A stretch of 64,000 nucleotides of DNA from an uncultured Geobacteraceae bacterium (GCA_937958075.1 CALFFB010000009.1:21367-85366); one strand, 5' to 3'. Numbered from the stretch's first letter, positions 30,618 to 39,701 are shown. A program made the numbers and translations. The notes: generated by a model not told the origin, from the sequence alone.

Positions 30618-31427
30618 TTACGCGGACGGGTCTTCACCAAGAATCAGACGGAGGACGGCATTGGCCTGATGGTGGGCGGCGATGCCGACCCGCGGCGCCA
30701 TCAGGCCACGACCGGGGGCCGCGGCGGTCGTGGCGTCACCACATAAATAAAACTGACTGCTGAGTTTGCGGGTGAGAATGGTGTTTGACGGCTCATAGCC
30801 GGCCATGCCGGACGCCGCGACCAGGTATTTCTCCGGATAATGTTTTAAAAACGCATTGGCCAGCAGGGCCTTCTGGTCGGCCGCATCAAAGGCTTCTACA
30901 AGGATATCGACGTCACCGAAGACAGCGTCCAGATTGTCCCGGTTGATTTTTTCATAATGGGCAACAATCCGGGTGGCCGGATTGATCCGTTGCAGATTTT
31001 CGCGCAGGGCAAAAACCTTGGGCATGCCGATCTGGTCGACAAAATACTGCTGTCGGTTCAGATTGGAGGGTTCGACGACATCAAAATCGGCAATGACCAG
31101 GGCACCGACACCGGTTCTGGCCAGGGCGATGGCAACTGTTGAGCCCAGGCCCCCGACGCCGGCAATACCGACTTTGGCCTGTTTGACCCTGGCGTGGACA
31201 CCGGGGGTGTGCCGCGACATCATCAGATGTTCCAGTTCCTGCTCCGAGGGATGGGCACCGCGCTGAATCATGACCACACGATCACCGGCACCCAGCTCGA
31301 TATCGGATGTTTGCGGATAGCCGTTGACAATGAGCAGGTCCGCCGCCGGATAGTGCCGTTTGCGCACGGTCTGCAGGTGGGTGCCGGCATCAATCTGCAG
31401 ACGTTTTTCGTTAAGATAGATGTGCAT
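30618..31427 (-). CDS. thiF: ThiF-type adenylyltransferase with N-terminal ThiS-like extension
   Basis: Rossmann/E1 motif VGIAGVGGLGSTVAIALARTGVGALVIADFDVVEPSNLNRQ, preceded by a ~65-aa segment (MHIYLNEKRLQIDAG...) resembling ThiS. Start placed at ATG 31427. Confidence 0.85.
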   Translation of the reverse strand: MHIYLNEKRLQIDAGTHLQTVRKRHYPAADLLIVNGYPQTSDIELGAGDRVVMIQRGAHPSEQELEHLMMSRHTPGVHARVKQAKVGIAGVGGLGSTVAIALARTGVGALVIADFDVVEPSNLNRQQYFVDQIGMPKVFALRENLQRINPATRIVAHYEKINRDNLDAVFGDVDILVEAFDAADQKALLANAFLKHYPEKYLVAASGMAGYEPSNTILTRKLSSQFYLCGDATTAAAPGRGLMAPRVGIAAHHQANAVLRLILGEDPSA

Positions 31428-31448
31428 ACTGTACTTGCCGGATTCCAT

Positions 31449-31471
31449 AAAAAAAGCCACCCTCAGGCGGC
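31449..31471 (-). terminator. Intrinsic terminator (expression platform of the TPP riboswitch)
   Basis: The minus strand reads GCCGCC-UGAG-GGUGGC followed by UUUUUUU. It lies between the aptamer and the thiF ATG. Confidence 0.55.
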
Positions 31472-31499
31472 CGATGATACACGGGGGTGACCATCTTTT

Positions 31500-31595
31500 C
31501 AGCCGCTTCCCTACGCCGGTACCAACCGGATCAGGTTCCAAGGGTCGTTCCGTCAGGCCGGAACTCTCAGTAACAATGACGCCCCTAGCGTGATA
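31500..31595 (-). promoter_or_regulatory. TPP (THI-box) riboswitch aptamer
   Basis: The minus strand reads CGCTAGGGGCGTCATTGTTACTGAGAGTTCCGGCCTGACGGAACGACCCTTGGAACCTGATCCGGTTGGTACCGGCGTAGGGAAGCG. It contains the conserved GGGG, CUGAGA, ACCCUU-GAACCUGAUC and GCGUAGGGAA elements, plus a CGCU/AGCG P1 helix. Confidence 0.85.
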
Positions 31596-31753
31596 TGTAG
31601 GTGCAGGCTAGCAGAGGGGATTCAGCCAAGTCAACTGCAAACCCTGTATTGGTTTTCATGGCTGCCCGGTGGTTGCCGGACTGTTTTTTTATGCGGATCT
31701 AACGTATGATGCCGCCGTGTTGACCACCCTGTTTTATCAAGGAGCATCTGATC

Positions 31754-32074
31754 ATGACAATTACCGAGCGGTTTCGCCAGATAACCGAGCTGATCGAGGA
31801 ACAGGCCGACCTCTATTATACCCTGCTGCCCCAGGAAGCGACCACCAGTCTGCGCTTTGTTGACCGTGCTGTGGAGGACCTGCAGGATGCCGCCGAAACC
31901 GTCGGCGATATTCCCCAATACCAACTGGATGCCAAGCTGTCACCGGTGCTGCTGAAAGCCCACGAGCAGCTCGATCGCGGGCGGGTTCAGCTGGAGAAGG
32001 GCGGTTATGACAAGGTTGCAGCCATGATCTGGGAACAGGAACAATTGATCTACCGGCTGCTTAACGATTTGTAG
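31754..32074 (+). CDS. Hypothetical 106-aa helical protein
   Basis: AAGGAG RBS and a helix-prone acidic sequence. No recognisable family. Confidence 0.5.
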   Translation: MTITERFRQITELIEEQADLYYTLLPQEATTSLRFVDRAVEDLQDAAETVGDIPQYQLDAKLSPVLLKAHEQLDRGRVQLEKGGYDKVAAMIWEQEQLIYRLLNDL

Positions 32075-32077
32075 GGA

Positions 32078-33133
32078 TCACCGGGGCATGGCCTTCAGCC
32101 GCTCGTGGGCTCTGGTCAGCATGGTAACAGTGGTATCCCAGTCGACGCATTTGTCTGTGATCGACACCCCGTATTTCAGATCGGAGATATTCTCCGGCAC
32201 CGGCTGATTGCCGGCGTGGATGTTGCTCTCGATCATGACCCCGGTGATGGAGCCTGGCTTGTCCGCCAGTTGGTCGATGACGTTGTCCAGAACCTCACTC
32301 TGGCGGGTGTGGTCCTTGAATGAGTTGGCATGACTGCAATCGACCATGATCGCGCCCGGCAATTTTTTATCGGCCAGCAGCGCCGCGGTTTTTTCAATAT
32401 CCCGGGGACTGTAATTGGGTCCGTCGTTGCCGCCACGTAACACGATATGGACATTGGGGTTGCCGCTGGTCTGCACGATGGAGGAACGCCCTTCGTGGTT
32501 GATGCCGAGGAAGCTGTGGGGATGAATGGCTGCGGCCATGGCATCGGTGGCGACAGTCAGGGTGCCGTCCGTGCCATTTTTAAAGCCGACGGGAAAGGAC
32601 AGGCCGCTGGCCATTTCGCGATGGGTCTGTGACTCTGTTGTTCTGGCGCCGATCGCCCCCCAACTGATCATATCCGACAGGTAGGGCGGAGTGCTGGGAT
32701 CGAGCATTTCACTGGCGATGGGCAGCTTCATGGCGGTGATGGCGCAAAAGAGCTGCCGGGCGATGCCCAGACCCTTGGAAATCTGATGACTGCCGTTCAT
32801 GTCCGGATCGTTGATCAGACCCTTCCAGCCGACGGTGGTGCGGGGTTTTTCAAAGTAGACACGCATGATGATGTAAAGTTGATCCTTGAGTTTTTCAGCA
32901 AGGGCGCTCAGGCGTCTGGCGTAGTCGATGGCGATGGCACTGTCATGGATGGAGCAGGGACCGACGACGACCATCAACCGTTTGTCGTCACCGCGCAGGA
33001 TCGACTTAATGGTGTTGCGGCTGACGTTGACGAAATTGGCGCCTTCCAGCGGCAACGGAAAGACCTGTTTCAGGTCTGATGGGGCAATGATCGGCGATAC
33101 ATCAAGAACGTTCAGATTGTGGGTTTGAACCAT
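32078..33133 (-). CDS. aroG: 3-deoxy-7-phosphoheptulonate (DAHP) synthase, class I
   Basis: 351 aa with DDKRLMVVVGPCSIHD, YFEKPRTTVGWKGLINDP, GARTTESQTHREMASG and DCSHANS motifs. Isozyme and feedback specificity cannot be resolved from sequence. Confidence 0.9.
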   Translation of the reverse strand: MVQTHNLNVLDVSPIIAPSDLKQVFPLPLEGANFVNVSRNTIKSILRGDDKRLMVVVGPCSIHDSAIAIDYARRLSALAEKLKDQLYIIMRVYFEKPRTTVGWKGLINDPDMNGSHQISKGLGIARQLFCAITAMKLPIASEMLDPSTPPYLSDMISWGAIGARTTESQTHREMASGLSFPVGFKNGTDGTLTVATDAMAAAIHPHSFLGINHEGRSSIVQTSGNPNVHIVLRGGNDGPNYSPRDIEKTAALLADKKLPGAIMVDCSHANSFKDHTRQSEVLDNVIDQLADKPGSITGVMIESNIHAGNQPVPENISDLKYGVSITDKCVDWDTTVTMLTRAHERLKAMPR

Positions 33134-33254
33134 GACCTTGTCTCCGCTTTCATGACTGTCGGGGTGATGTAAGCTCAGGCTGGAAATTTCATCAATCTAG
33201 CGGACTTTTCTTCGGGCTGTCAAAGTTTCATTTGTCCTCTGGCGGGAATTCTTT

Positions 33255-33284
33255 TTGACAGCTTTGTCTGCTGTTCGGTATAAC
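33255..33284 (+). promoter_or_regulatory. Candidate sigma70 promoter of yggT-divIVA-DUF167
   Basis: TTGACA (33255-33260), 18-nt spacer, TATAAC (33279-33284). Confidence 0.35.
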
Positions 33285-33406
33285 TGTCGACAATTTCGCC
33301 GGTTCTTTTGGTGTTTGCAGGTGTCGTTCAGGCAATGTGTCAAGGACAAGGACCCGGTTGAGATGTCGCCGCAGGGCGATCAACATTGCGTGGAAAGGAT
33401 GAATTT

Positions 33407-33691
33407 ATGGGATCATTGATTATCGCTATCGCCAGGCTGCTGGAGTTGGCCTTTACCGTTTACATTTTCATTGTTATTGCCCGTGCCCTTATTTCATGGG
33501 TCAGCCCCGACCCTTACAATCCTATTGTCCGTTTCCTGCACAGTATGACAGATCCGGCCCTGTACCGCATTCGTCGTTTCCTGCCTTTCCTTCAGGTAGG
33601 CGGTATTGATCTGTCGCCTATCGCGCTGTTGCTGCTCCTGTCTGTCGTGCAACAGATTCTTGTCGGTTTCCTCTATCGACTGGCCGCATAA
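33407..33691 (+). CDS. yggT: YggT family membrane protein
   Basis: LAFTVYIFIVIARALISWVSPDPYNPIVRFL...TDPALYRIRRFLP is the YggT signature. RBS GGAAAGGA. Confidence 0.8.
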   Translation: MGSLIIAIARLLELAFTVYIFIVIARALISWVSPDPYNPIVRFLHSMTDPALYRIRRFLPFLQVGGIDLSPIALLLLLSVVQQILVGFLYRLAA

Positions 33692-33720
33692 CCATCATTG
33701 CGTGTTAGCCAGGGGCTGCC

Positions 33721-34257
33721 ATGGTTCTGACCCCCATTGACATCCAGCAACACCGCTTTAAAAACCGTCTGTTCGGTTACGACAGCGCCGCTGTCGACCG
33801 ATTTCTGGAAAGCGTTGCTGAAGAGCTGGAACGCCTGCAACGCCAGAATATCGAACTCAAGGAATCCCTGGCCCGGACCAGAACGACGGTGGAACAACTG
33901 CGCGCGCAGGAGGATCTGCTCAAGCAAACCCTGGTCAGTACCCAGCAGATGACGGAAGACGTGCGGGAACAGGCGCGCAAGGACGCGGAGATTGTCGTTG
34001 CCGAGGCGCATATCGAGGGAGAACGCATTGTCCGTAACGCCAACGAACGGCGGCTGCAGCTGATCAACGAGATTCAGGAACTCAAGCGTTTGCACCAGTT
34101 TTTCAGAAACAACATGCTCTGTCAGCTTGAAAATCATCGACAGATGCTTGAGATGGAACCGGATATCCGGTCACGCGATCTTTTTGACAACACCTCCAGT
34201 GACATTCATGCCCTGCTCACCGATGACCCTCCGAATTCATCCGGAGCCTCCCGCTGA
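33721..34257 (+). CDS. DivIVA domain protein
   Basis: N-terminal LTPIDIQQHRFKNRLFGYDSAAVDRFLESVAEELERL is the DivIVA lipid-binding/coiled-coil signature. Confidence 0.8.
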   Translation: MVLTPIDIQQHRFKNRLFGYDSAAVDRFLESVAEELERLQRQNIELKESLARTRTTVEQLRAQEDLLKQTLVSTQQMTEDVREQARKDAEIVVAEAHIEGERIVRNANERRLQLINEIQELKRLHQFFRNNMLCQLENHRQMLEMEPDIRSRDLFDNTSSDIHALLTDDPPNSSGASR

Positions 34258-34577
34258 TGCCTGCCTACCTCAGCGAAACGGTTGACGGAGTTATCCTGAA
34301 GCTGAAGGTTCTGCCGCGCGCGGCGAAAAACCAGCTGGTCGGTGTGCACGGCGACTGCTTGAAGGTCAAACTGACGGCCCCGCCCGTGGACGGCGCGGCC
34401 AACCAGGCCTGTTGCCGTTTTCTGGCGCAAGTCCTCGGGGTACCGAATCAGGATCTTGAGATCCTTTCCGGGACAACCGCACGTCAGAAAAGGGTGCTGG
34501 TGAAACACATGACGAAACAACAGGTGGCGCAACGGATCGGTGCCGAAGTGGACAACCCATTGAAGCCGAAGGGCTGA
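34257..34577 (+). CDS. DUF167 (YggU-like) protein
   Basis: LKLKVLPRAAKNQLVGVHGDCLKVKLTAPPVDGAANQACCRFLAQVLGVP...LSGTTARQKRVLV. ATG overlaps the divIVA stop. Confidence 0.8.
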   Translation: MPAYLSETVDGVILKLKVLPRAAKNQLVGVHGDCLKVKLTAPPVDGAANQACCRFLAQVLGVPNQDLEILSGTTARQKRVLVKHMTKQQVAQRIGAEVDNPLKPKG

Positions 34578-34593
34578 GCAGAGGACTGATGCC

Positions 34594-37035
34594 ATGAAGG
34601 TCTGGCGCTGTGTCGTTTATTTTGTTCTTGTCATGTTGTTCTGGCTGCCGCCGGCCCTTGCCCCGGCTGAAACCACAGTGTCTGCTGAAGGGGGTGACGA
34701 CCCGCAGTCAGCCCCCCACGTTATGCCGCCGTTGGTTGTCCGTGCGACGCAGAATACCCCCCGGTCAGCGACAATCAGCGCAGATGTTCTTGACCTGATC
34801 CCCAACCCCAGTGGCTCCGTGACGGAAGCCTTGAAGGGGGAGTCGCGTATTCAGTACGATTATCAGCACCAGTCCAGCCTGACGGTCGGGGAGATCGCTC
34901 CGCCCCGTATTTCCATCTCCGGCGCCAAATCCTATGAAAATAATTTCCTGATCGACGGCATCAGTATCAGTAATACCCTGAATCCTTCCGGACTGGATAA
35001 CAGTAAATCGGCTGTCGACCTTTTTGTTGGCGGGGCGGATATGGCCGTCTTTTACGACACGGAGCTGATTGACGAAGTACAGCTCTACGCCAGCAATATC
35101 CCGGCGCAGTACGGCGGCTTTGTCGGCGGCGTGGTTGATGCGCGCCTGCGTGAGCCGCGATCCGATCGCTGGCGCTTCAAGCTGGCCGGCAGATACAGCA
35201 ACGACAGCTGGTTCGATCTCCGTCATGACGAGTCTGCGTCAGATACTCCCGACAGGCAGCCGGAGTTTACCCTGTACCGAACAGGTATCAGCGCCGACGG
35301 TCCCCTTAACGATCAGGCCTCACTGTTACTCTCTTTTTCACGCCTTCAGGCAACAATACCATTGCTACGCACCCGTGCAGATGGCAGCAGCTACAAGGAT
35401 GACCAGGAGCGGACAAGCGAGAATTATTTCGCGCGTCTGACTCTGGATCCGCACAACGAATTAAAGATTCATTTCGATTTAACCTACGCCCCCTACAGCG
35501 CCCGGCGCTGGGATCCGACGTTTCGGGACAGTGACTGGAGCATCGACAACAGGGCCTGGCGTTTTGCCACCCGTTTTGACTATGTCCTCAGTAGCGGCGT
35601 ACTGACGGGGAAAGCGGCATTTTCCCGTAATGGATTCAGTCGCGACAGCGACTCTGACTATCGCTATGCGGGAGCTGATGATCAATATGGAGGTCTCGGA
35701 GATGCCCGGAATAAAAACCGTGAAGCGGATATCTCCCTCGATTTCGTCTCGACAGATCACACCCGCGGTCAGATCGTGTGGACCTATGCCACGGGTCTGG
35801 CCTACGGTTACAAACATACGGATATGTGGAATGAGCCCATTGTCCTGCATTCCCTGACCGCAACCCGAAGAACCCTTCAAACCTACGAAGGGGTGAGCCA
35901 GTCACGCCACAACAGCACCCTTGCCGGTTATGGCCAGGTGGAGTTGAGATGGAACCGGTTGCTGCTGCGACCGGGGGTGCGTATCGATCACGATCGTTTT
36001 TCCGGCAATACCGATCTCGCCCCGCGCTTTAAATCCGAATATGACCTCTTCGGCAACGACAGCCTGCGCCTGGGGTTCGGTGTCAACAGATACTACGGTC
36101 AACATCTGAGTGCCTACGCCTTTCGTCGGCATCGGCCCATACATACGCAGATTTACGATATTCAGCCCGACGGCTCGGAGGTTCCTCGTGACCCGTCAAC
36201 CTCAGCAGCGAGGGACTACCGCAGCGACGGTCTGGAAACACCCTATTCCGATGAGCTGTCCGGCGAGATCTCCGGCTCCCTGCCATATTTTGACTATGGG
36301 GTATCGGTTGTGCGGCGCTGGCACAAAAGACAGCTGGTCAGCAAAACAAAGGACGGTACCTCCTATGCCCTCACCAATGATGGACAGGGCGATTATGAGG
36401 CCCTCAGCGCTTATGTTTCGCGCGCCTTCAGTACAGCACGTCTCGGCCGACATCAGCTGACCTTAAGTGCGACACAATCGAAGACCCGCTCTGACAATGG
36501 CTATTTTGATTCGAATTTCAGGGAAGATCTTGTACTGCAGGGTTTTGAGCTTGATTTTGACAGCGTTTACTATAACGGTCGGTTTATGTCCCGCTCTGAG
36601 CTGCCGGCTGAAAACTTCAACGCACCGCTGATCGTCGCGTTGACCCTCAACAGCAGTTTTTTCGATGACAGATTGCGTCTGCTGTCCGTTGTCCGCTGGC
36701 GTGACTCCAGCAAGGGTATTGTCTCCGATCGTCGCCTGAGCTCGGAAACGCCCTATGGCACCACCTCCGGCAGCAGTACCGCCGCCAGCTCTTTCTGGAT
36801 CACACCCCGCGGAGGGTACGCGCAGGCCTACAGGTCCGAAAAAATCTCCGGCGGCGTGGTGACCGACCTGACGGTCGAGGTTGACCTTGTGCGCAGGCAG
36901 GAGCGCTGCTTCACCCTGGTCGCGGAGGTTGTCAATCTGTTTAATGACAGGGTAGAGACCGGACAGACCCTTGATGAGACACCGGTGGTGAATCACGGAC
37001 GTGGTTTTTATGCCGGCTTTGAAATGAGTTTTTGA
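34594..37035 (+). CDS. TonB-dependent outer-membrane receptor (unknown substrate)
   Basis: Signal peptide, a TonB-box-like PPLVVRATQ, plug-like segments (NNFLIDGISISN; IDEVQLYASNIPAQYGGFVGGVVDARL), a long beta-rich region and a terminal aromatic residue (..GFEMSF). Confidence 0.75.
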   Translation: MKVWRCVVYFVLVMLFWLPPALAPAETTVSAEGGDDPQSAPHVMPPLVVRATQNTPRSATISADVLDLIPNPSGSVTEALKGESRIQYDYQHQSSLTVGEIAPPRISISGAKSYENNFLIDGISISNTLNPSGLDNSKSAVDLFVGGADMAVFYDTELIDEVQLYASNIPAQYGGFVGGVVDARLREPRSDRWRFKLAGRYSNDSWFDLRHDESASDTPDRQPEFTLYRTGISADGPLNDQASLLLSFSRLQATIPLLRTRADGSSYKDDQERTSENYFARLTLDPHNELKIHFDLTYAPYSARRWDPTFRDSDWSIDNRAWRFATRFDYVLSSGVLTGKAAFSRNGFSRDSDSDYRYAGADDQYGGLGDARNKNREADISLDFVSTDHTRGQIVWTYATGLAYGYKHTDMWNEPIVLHSLTATRRTLQTYEGVSQSRHNSTLAGYGQVELRWNRLLLRPGVRIDHDRFSGNTDLAPRFKSEYDLFGNDSLRLGFGVNRYYGQHLSAYAFRRHRPIHTQIYDIQPDGSEVPRDPSTSAARDYRSDGLETPYSDELSGEISGSLPYFDYGVSVVRRWHKRQLVSKTKDGTSYALTNDGQGDYEALSAYVSRAFSTARLGRHQLTLSATQSKTRSDNGYFDSNFREDLVLQGFELDFDSVYYNGRFMSRSELPAENFNAPLIVALTLNSSFFDDRLRLLSVVRWRDSSKGIVSDRRLSSETPYGTTSGSSTAASSFWITPRGGYAQAYRSEKISGGVVTDLTVEVDLVRRQERCFTLVAEVVNLFNDRVETGQTLDETPVVNHGRGFYAGFEMSF

Positions 37036-37143
37036 TGAAATGCATCGATTTATGCAAAACCTTATTGACACCAAAAAACGTCCTTAACTATATTTAAAAG
37101 TTGTCAAAGGACCGTTGTGACTTACATTCAGGAGGTTGTCACC

Positions 37144-37398
37144 ATGCCGTTATACGAATATCAATGTAAAGAGTGCGGTCACAGATTTGAAGTCCGCCAG
37201 AAATTTTCCGACCAGCCGGTGTCCGCGTGTGTCCGGTGCGGTGGCGCGGCACAAAAGGCGATTTCTGTTGCCGGTTTCGCCCTGAAAGGGGGAGGCTGGT
37301 ATCAGCAGGGGTACAGTAACGCGGCAGCGCCCAGTTGTGCGGCTGCCGACAGCGGCAGCAGTGCCTGTGCCGGCTGTCCCAAGGCGGTCAACGAATAG
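37144..37398 (+). CDS. FmdB-family zinc-ribbon protein
   Basis: MPLYEYQCKECGHRFEV...CVRCGG is the FmdB CxxC...CxxC ribbon. GGAGG RBS. Confidence 0.8.
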   Translation: MPLYEYQCKECGHRFEVRQKFSDQPVSACVRCGGAAQKAISVAGFALKGGGWYQQGYSNAAAPSCAAADSGSSACAGCPKAVNE

Positions 37399-37435
37399 TT
37401 TCCCCTGACCCAAATAGTCAAGGCGGATGTGACTT

Positions 37436-37467
37436 CCTCCGGCGGCTTGCCTGCCGGAGGATTTTTT
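37436..37467 (+). terminator. Intrinsic terminator after the FmdB gene
   Basis: cctccggc (37436-37443) pairs with gccggagg (37453-37460). ATTTTTT follows. Confidence 0.65.
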
Positions 37468-37548
37468 ATATTTTTCTGGACAGCACTGTTTTACAAACGA
37501 TGGCAACTCTGTATAGTGATTTGATCGCGTCTGACATTTTCAAGGAAT

Positions 37549-38415
37549 ATGGAGGCATTGGTGGCTGAAATTATTGATGGCAAGGCAATCGCAAAGCAGA
37601 TTCGTGAAGACATTGCGCAGCAGACGCAAGGGCTGATCGCCGGCGGGGTGACCCCCGGTCTGGCCGTGGTGCTGGTGGGGGATGATCCGGCCAGTCGGGT
37701 TTATGTCACCATGAAAGAAAAAGCCTGTGCCGCAGCGGGTATTTATTCCGTCGAGCATAAACTGCCGGCAACCACCAGCGAAGAGGATCTGCTGGCTCTG
37801 GTTGAGCGGCTCAATGCTGACGCACGGATCGACGGCATTCTTGTGCAACTGCCGCTGCCCGACCAGATCAATGAGACAAAAATCCTCGAAGCTATTTCAC
37901 CAACCAAGGACGTTGACGGATTTCACCCCTACAATGTCGGCCGGCTGGTAACGGGCAACCCCCTGTTCAAGCCCTGTACGCCCTATGGGGTGATGGTGAT
38001 GCTCAAGCGTATCGGGGTGGATCTCAAGGGGAAGAATGTGGTGGTTGTCGGACGTTCCAATATTGTCGGCAAGCCGGTGGCGCTGATGTGTCTGGCTGAG
38101 CACGCAACGGTCACCATCTGTCATTCACGGACCAGGGATCTGGCGGCGAAGGTCGCGGCCGCCGATGTCGTGATCGCGGCGGTTGGCCAACCGGAAATGA
38201 TCAAGGGAGACTGGATCAAGCCGGGAGCTGTCGTCATCGATGTCGGGGTGAATCGGGTCGGCGACAAAAAGCTGGTGGGGGATGTCGAGTTTTCCGAAGC
38301 CTCGCAGCGTGCTGCCGCCATTACCCCGGTTCCCGGCGGGGTCGGCCCGATGACGATTGCCATGCTCCTCTACAATACCCTGAGCAGCGCCCAGCGTCGT
38401 GCCGGCCAAAGCTGA
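37549..38415 (+). CDS. folD: Bifunctional methylenetetrahydrofolate dehydrogenase / methenyl-THF cyclohydrolase
   Basis: IDGKAIA...[46 protein letters not shown] and [10 protein letters not shown] motifs. Confidence 0.95.
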   Translation: MEALVAEIIDGKAIAKQIREDIAQQTQGLIAGGVTPGLAVVLVGDDPASRVYVTMKEKACAAAGIYSVEHKLPATTSEEDLLALVERLNADARIDGILVQLPLPDQINETKILEAISPTKDVDGFHPYNVGRLVTGNPLFKPCTPYGVMVMLKRIGVDLKGKNVVVVGRSNIVGKPVALMCLAEHATVTICHSRTRDLAAKVAAADVVIAAVGQPEMIKGDWIKPGAVVIDVGVNRVGDKKLVGDVEFSEASQRAAAITPVPGGVGPMTIAMLLYNTLSSAQRRAGQS

Positions 38416-38495
38416 GATATTGTGTCCATAATTCAGGCGGTTTCACATGGAACCTTCAACAATGCAACGAATGGCTGGCCGCTAAGTGTACCGAG

Positions 38496-39494
38496 TCAGC
38501 GGCCAAAAATGTAGCGACCGCTGATCCGGTAGCGAAAGTGTGCTCTGATACGTAATTCATCATGGGGGTAATGACGCCCCAGCGGGCCAAAAGGGGCCGC
38601 CCGATACACGGCCTGTATCGCTTCAAAATCAAGGATATCCGAACCGCTGGTCTGCTTCAGGTCGACATCGATGAGCTCTCCGTCGCGGGAAACGATGATC
38701 AGCAGCTCCAGGGTTCCTTCGATGCCGTTTTGCGCCGCTTCCGCGGGATAGTTCCATACCCGGTCAATACGGTCATGAAGGCGTCTGAAGAATGACACCA
38801 GCCGATCGTTCTGCAGGTTCAGCCAGACCGTTTCTCCCACCTCGACATCTTCACGCTCTTTACGTCTTTCTTGCTCACCTGCTCGCCCTTCCGCAATACG
38901 GCGCATGGTGTCATGGCTCGGAAACAGCTGCTCACGGGTCAGCTGCGGCGGTTCAGGCTGGACCTCTTCGGGGTCTGTCGGTGTCGCCGTGGACGGTTCC
39001 GGTTTTTCTGTCTGTACCCTCTCAATCTTCTGTTCCTGCGGCGTCGGCTCCGAACTGACCGGAGGGTCCGTGGTTGGTGGCTCTGGCAACAACGGTGCAG
39101 CCGGTTCGGTGACGGGCGCTGCTTCAGCCACTGGCAGCCTTGTCTGATCGCGCACGTCGTCGCCTTCAGGCGCCTGTTCCTTTTCCACCTGCTGATCCTG
39201 TTCGGCCCGCCGATGTGACTGGACCGGCTCATCCGGTTCCGGCAGTATCGGCATCTGGTCAATTTCATAGTCCGGCTGCTGCTGTTCTTCTTCCGGCGGT
39301 GTCACCGGGGCAGGGTATTCGACCAGTTCGATGGGAGTCCGGCTGGCGGGGCCCGGCGTCGGTTCAGGTAGTGGCAGGAACTGTATCAGCAGCAGATGCG
39401 CCAGCAGCGACAGCAGGATAAACAGGACAATGACCGCGGTTCGTCGTCGATAACCGGAGGTTTTATTATCGGGAAAAGGACTCATATGCGTCAC
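38496..39494 (-). CDS. tonB: Energy transducer TonB (long Pro/Glu-rich linker)
   Basis: N-terminal TM helix (VIVLFILLSLLAHLLLI), a ~180-aa Pro/Glu/Gln-rich spacer and a C-terminal TonB fold (YPAEAAQNGIEGTLELLIIVSRDGELIDVDLKQTSGSDILDFEAIQAV). Confidence 0.8.
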   Translation of the reverse strand: MTHMSPFPDNKTSGYRRRTAVIVLFILLSLLAHLLLIQFLPLPEPTPGPASRTPIELVEYPAPVTPPEEEQQQPDYEIDQMPILPEPDEPVQSHRRAEQDQQVEKEQAPEGDDVRDQTRLPVAEAAPVTEPAAPLLPEPPTTDPPVSSEPTPQEQKIERVQTEKPEPSTATPTDPEEVQPEPPQLTREQLFPSHDTMRRIAEGRAGEQERRKEREDVEVGETVWLNLQNDRLVSFFRRLHDRIDRVWNYPAEAAQNGIEGTLELLIIVSRDGELIDVDLKQTSGSDILDFEAIQAVYRAAPFGPLGRHYPHDELRIRAHFRYRISGRYIFGR

Positions 39495-39551
39495 ATTATA
39501 GGCTTCATAATGACAGACAACCAGATGCTATCGATGGAAAATGGAAAAGCA

Positions 39552-39580
39552 TTGACCCTTGGTTGGGTGCTGAGTATAAC
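39552..39580 (+). promoter_or_regulatory. Candidate sigma70 promoter of pta
   Basis: TTGACC (39552-39557), 17-nt spacer, TATAAC (39575-39580). Implies a 5' UTR of about 115 nt. Confidence 0.4.
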
Positions 39581-39701
39581 CAACAGGGTGTCGAGAGAGG
39601 AAAAGAAGCCTGATCTTCTGACGTAAAAGCCCGGTCATTTTTCAGCGTGGGGCAAAGATGAACAGTCAGGATAACCAATCTATTTCCATCAGGAGGAGTA
39701 A

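Noticed and set aside
38871-39421. Several ORFs antisense to or overlapping tonB (38871-39218, 38905-39147, 38939-39268, 39140-39421), and repetitive Pro-rich coding in tonB and infB that might look like DNA tandem repeats.
   Set aside because: The ORFs are by-products of the biased Pro/Glu codon composition. The DNA shows no exact tandem periodicity, only amino-acid-level low complexity.
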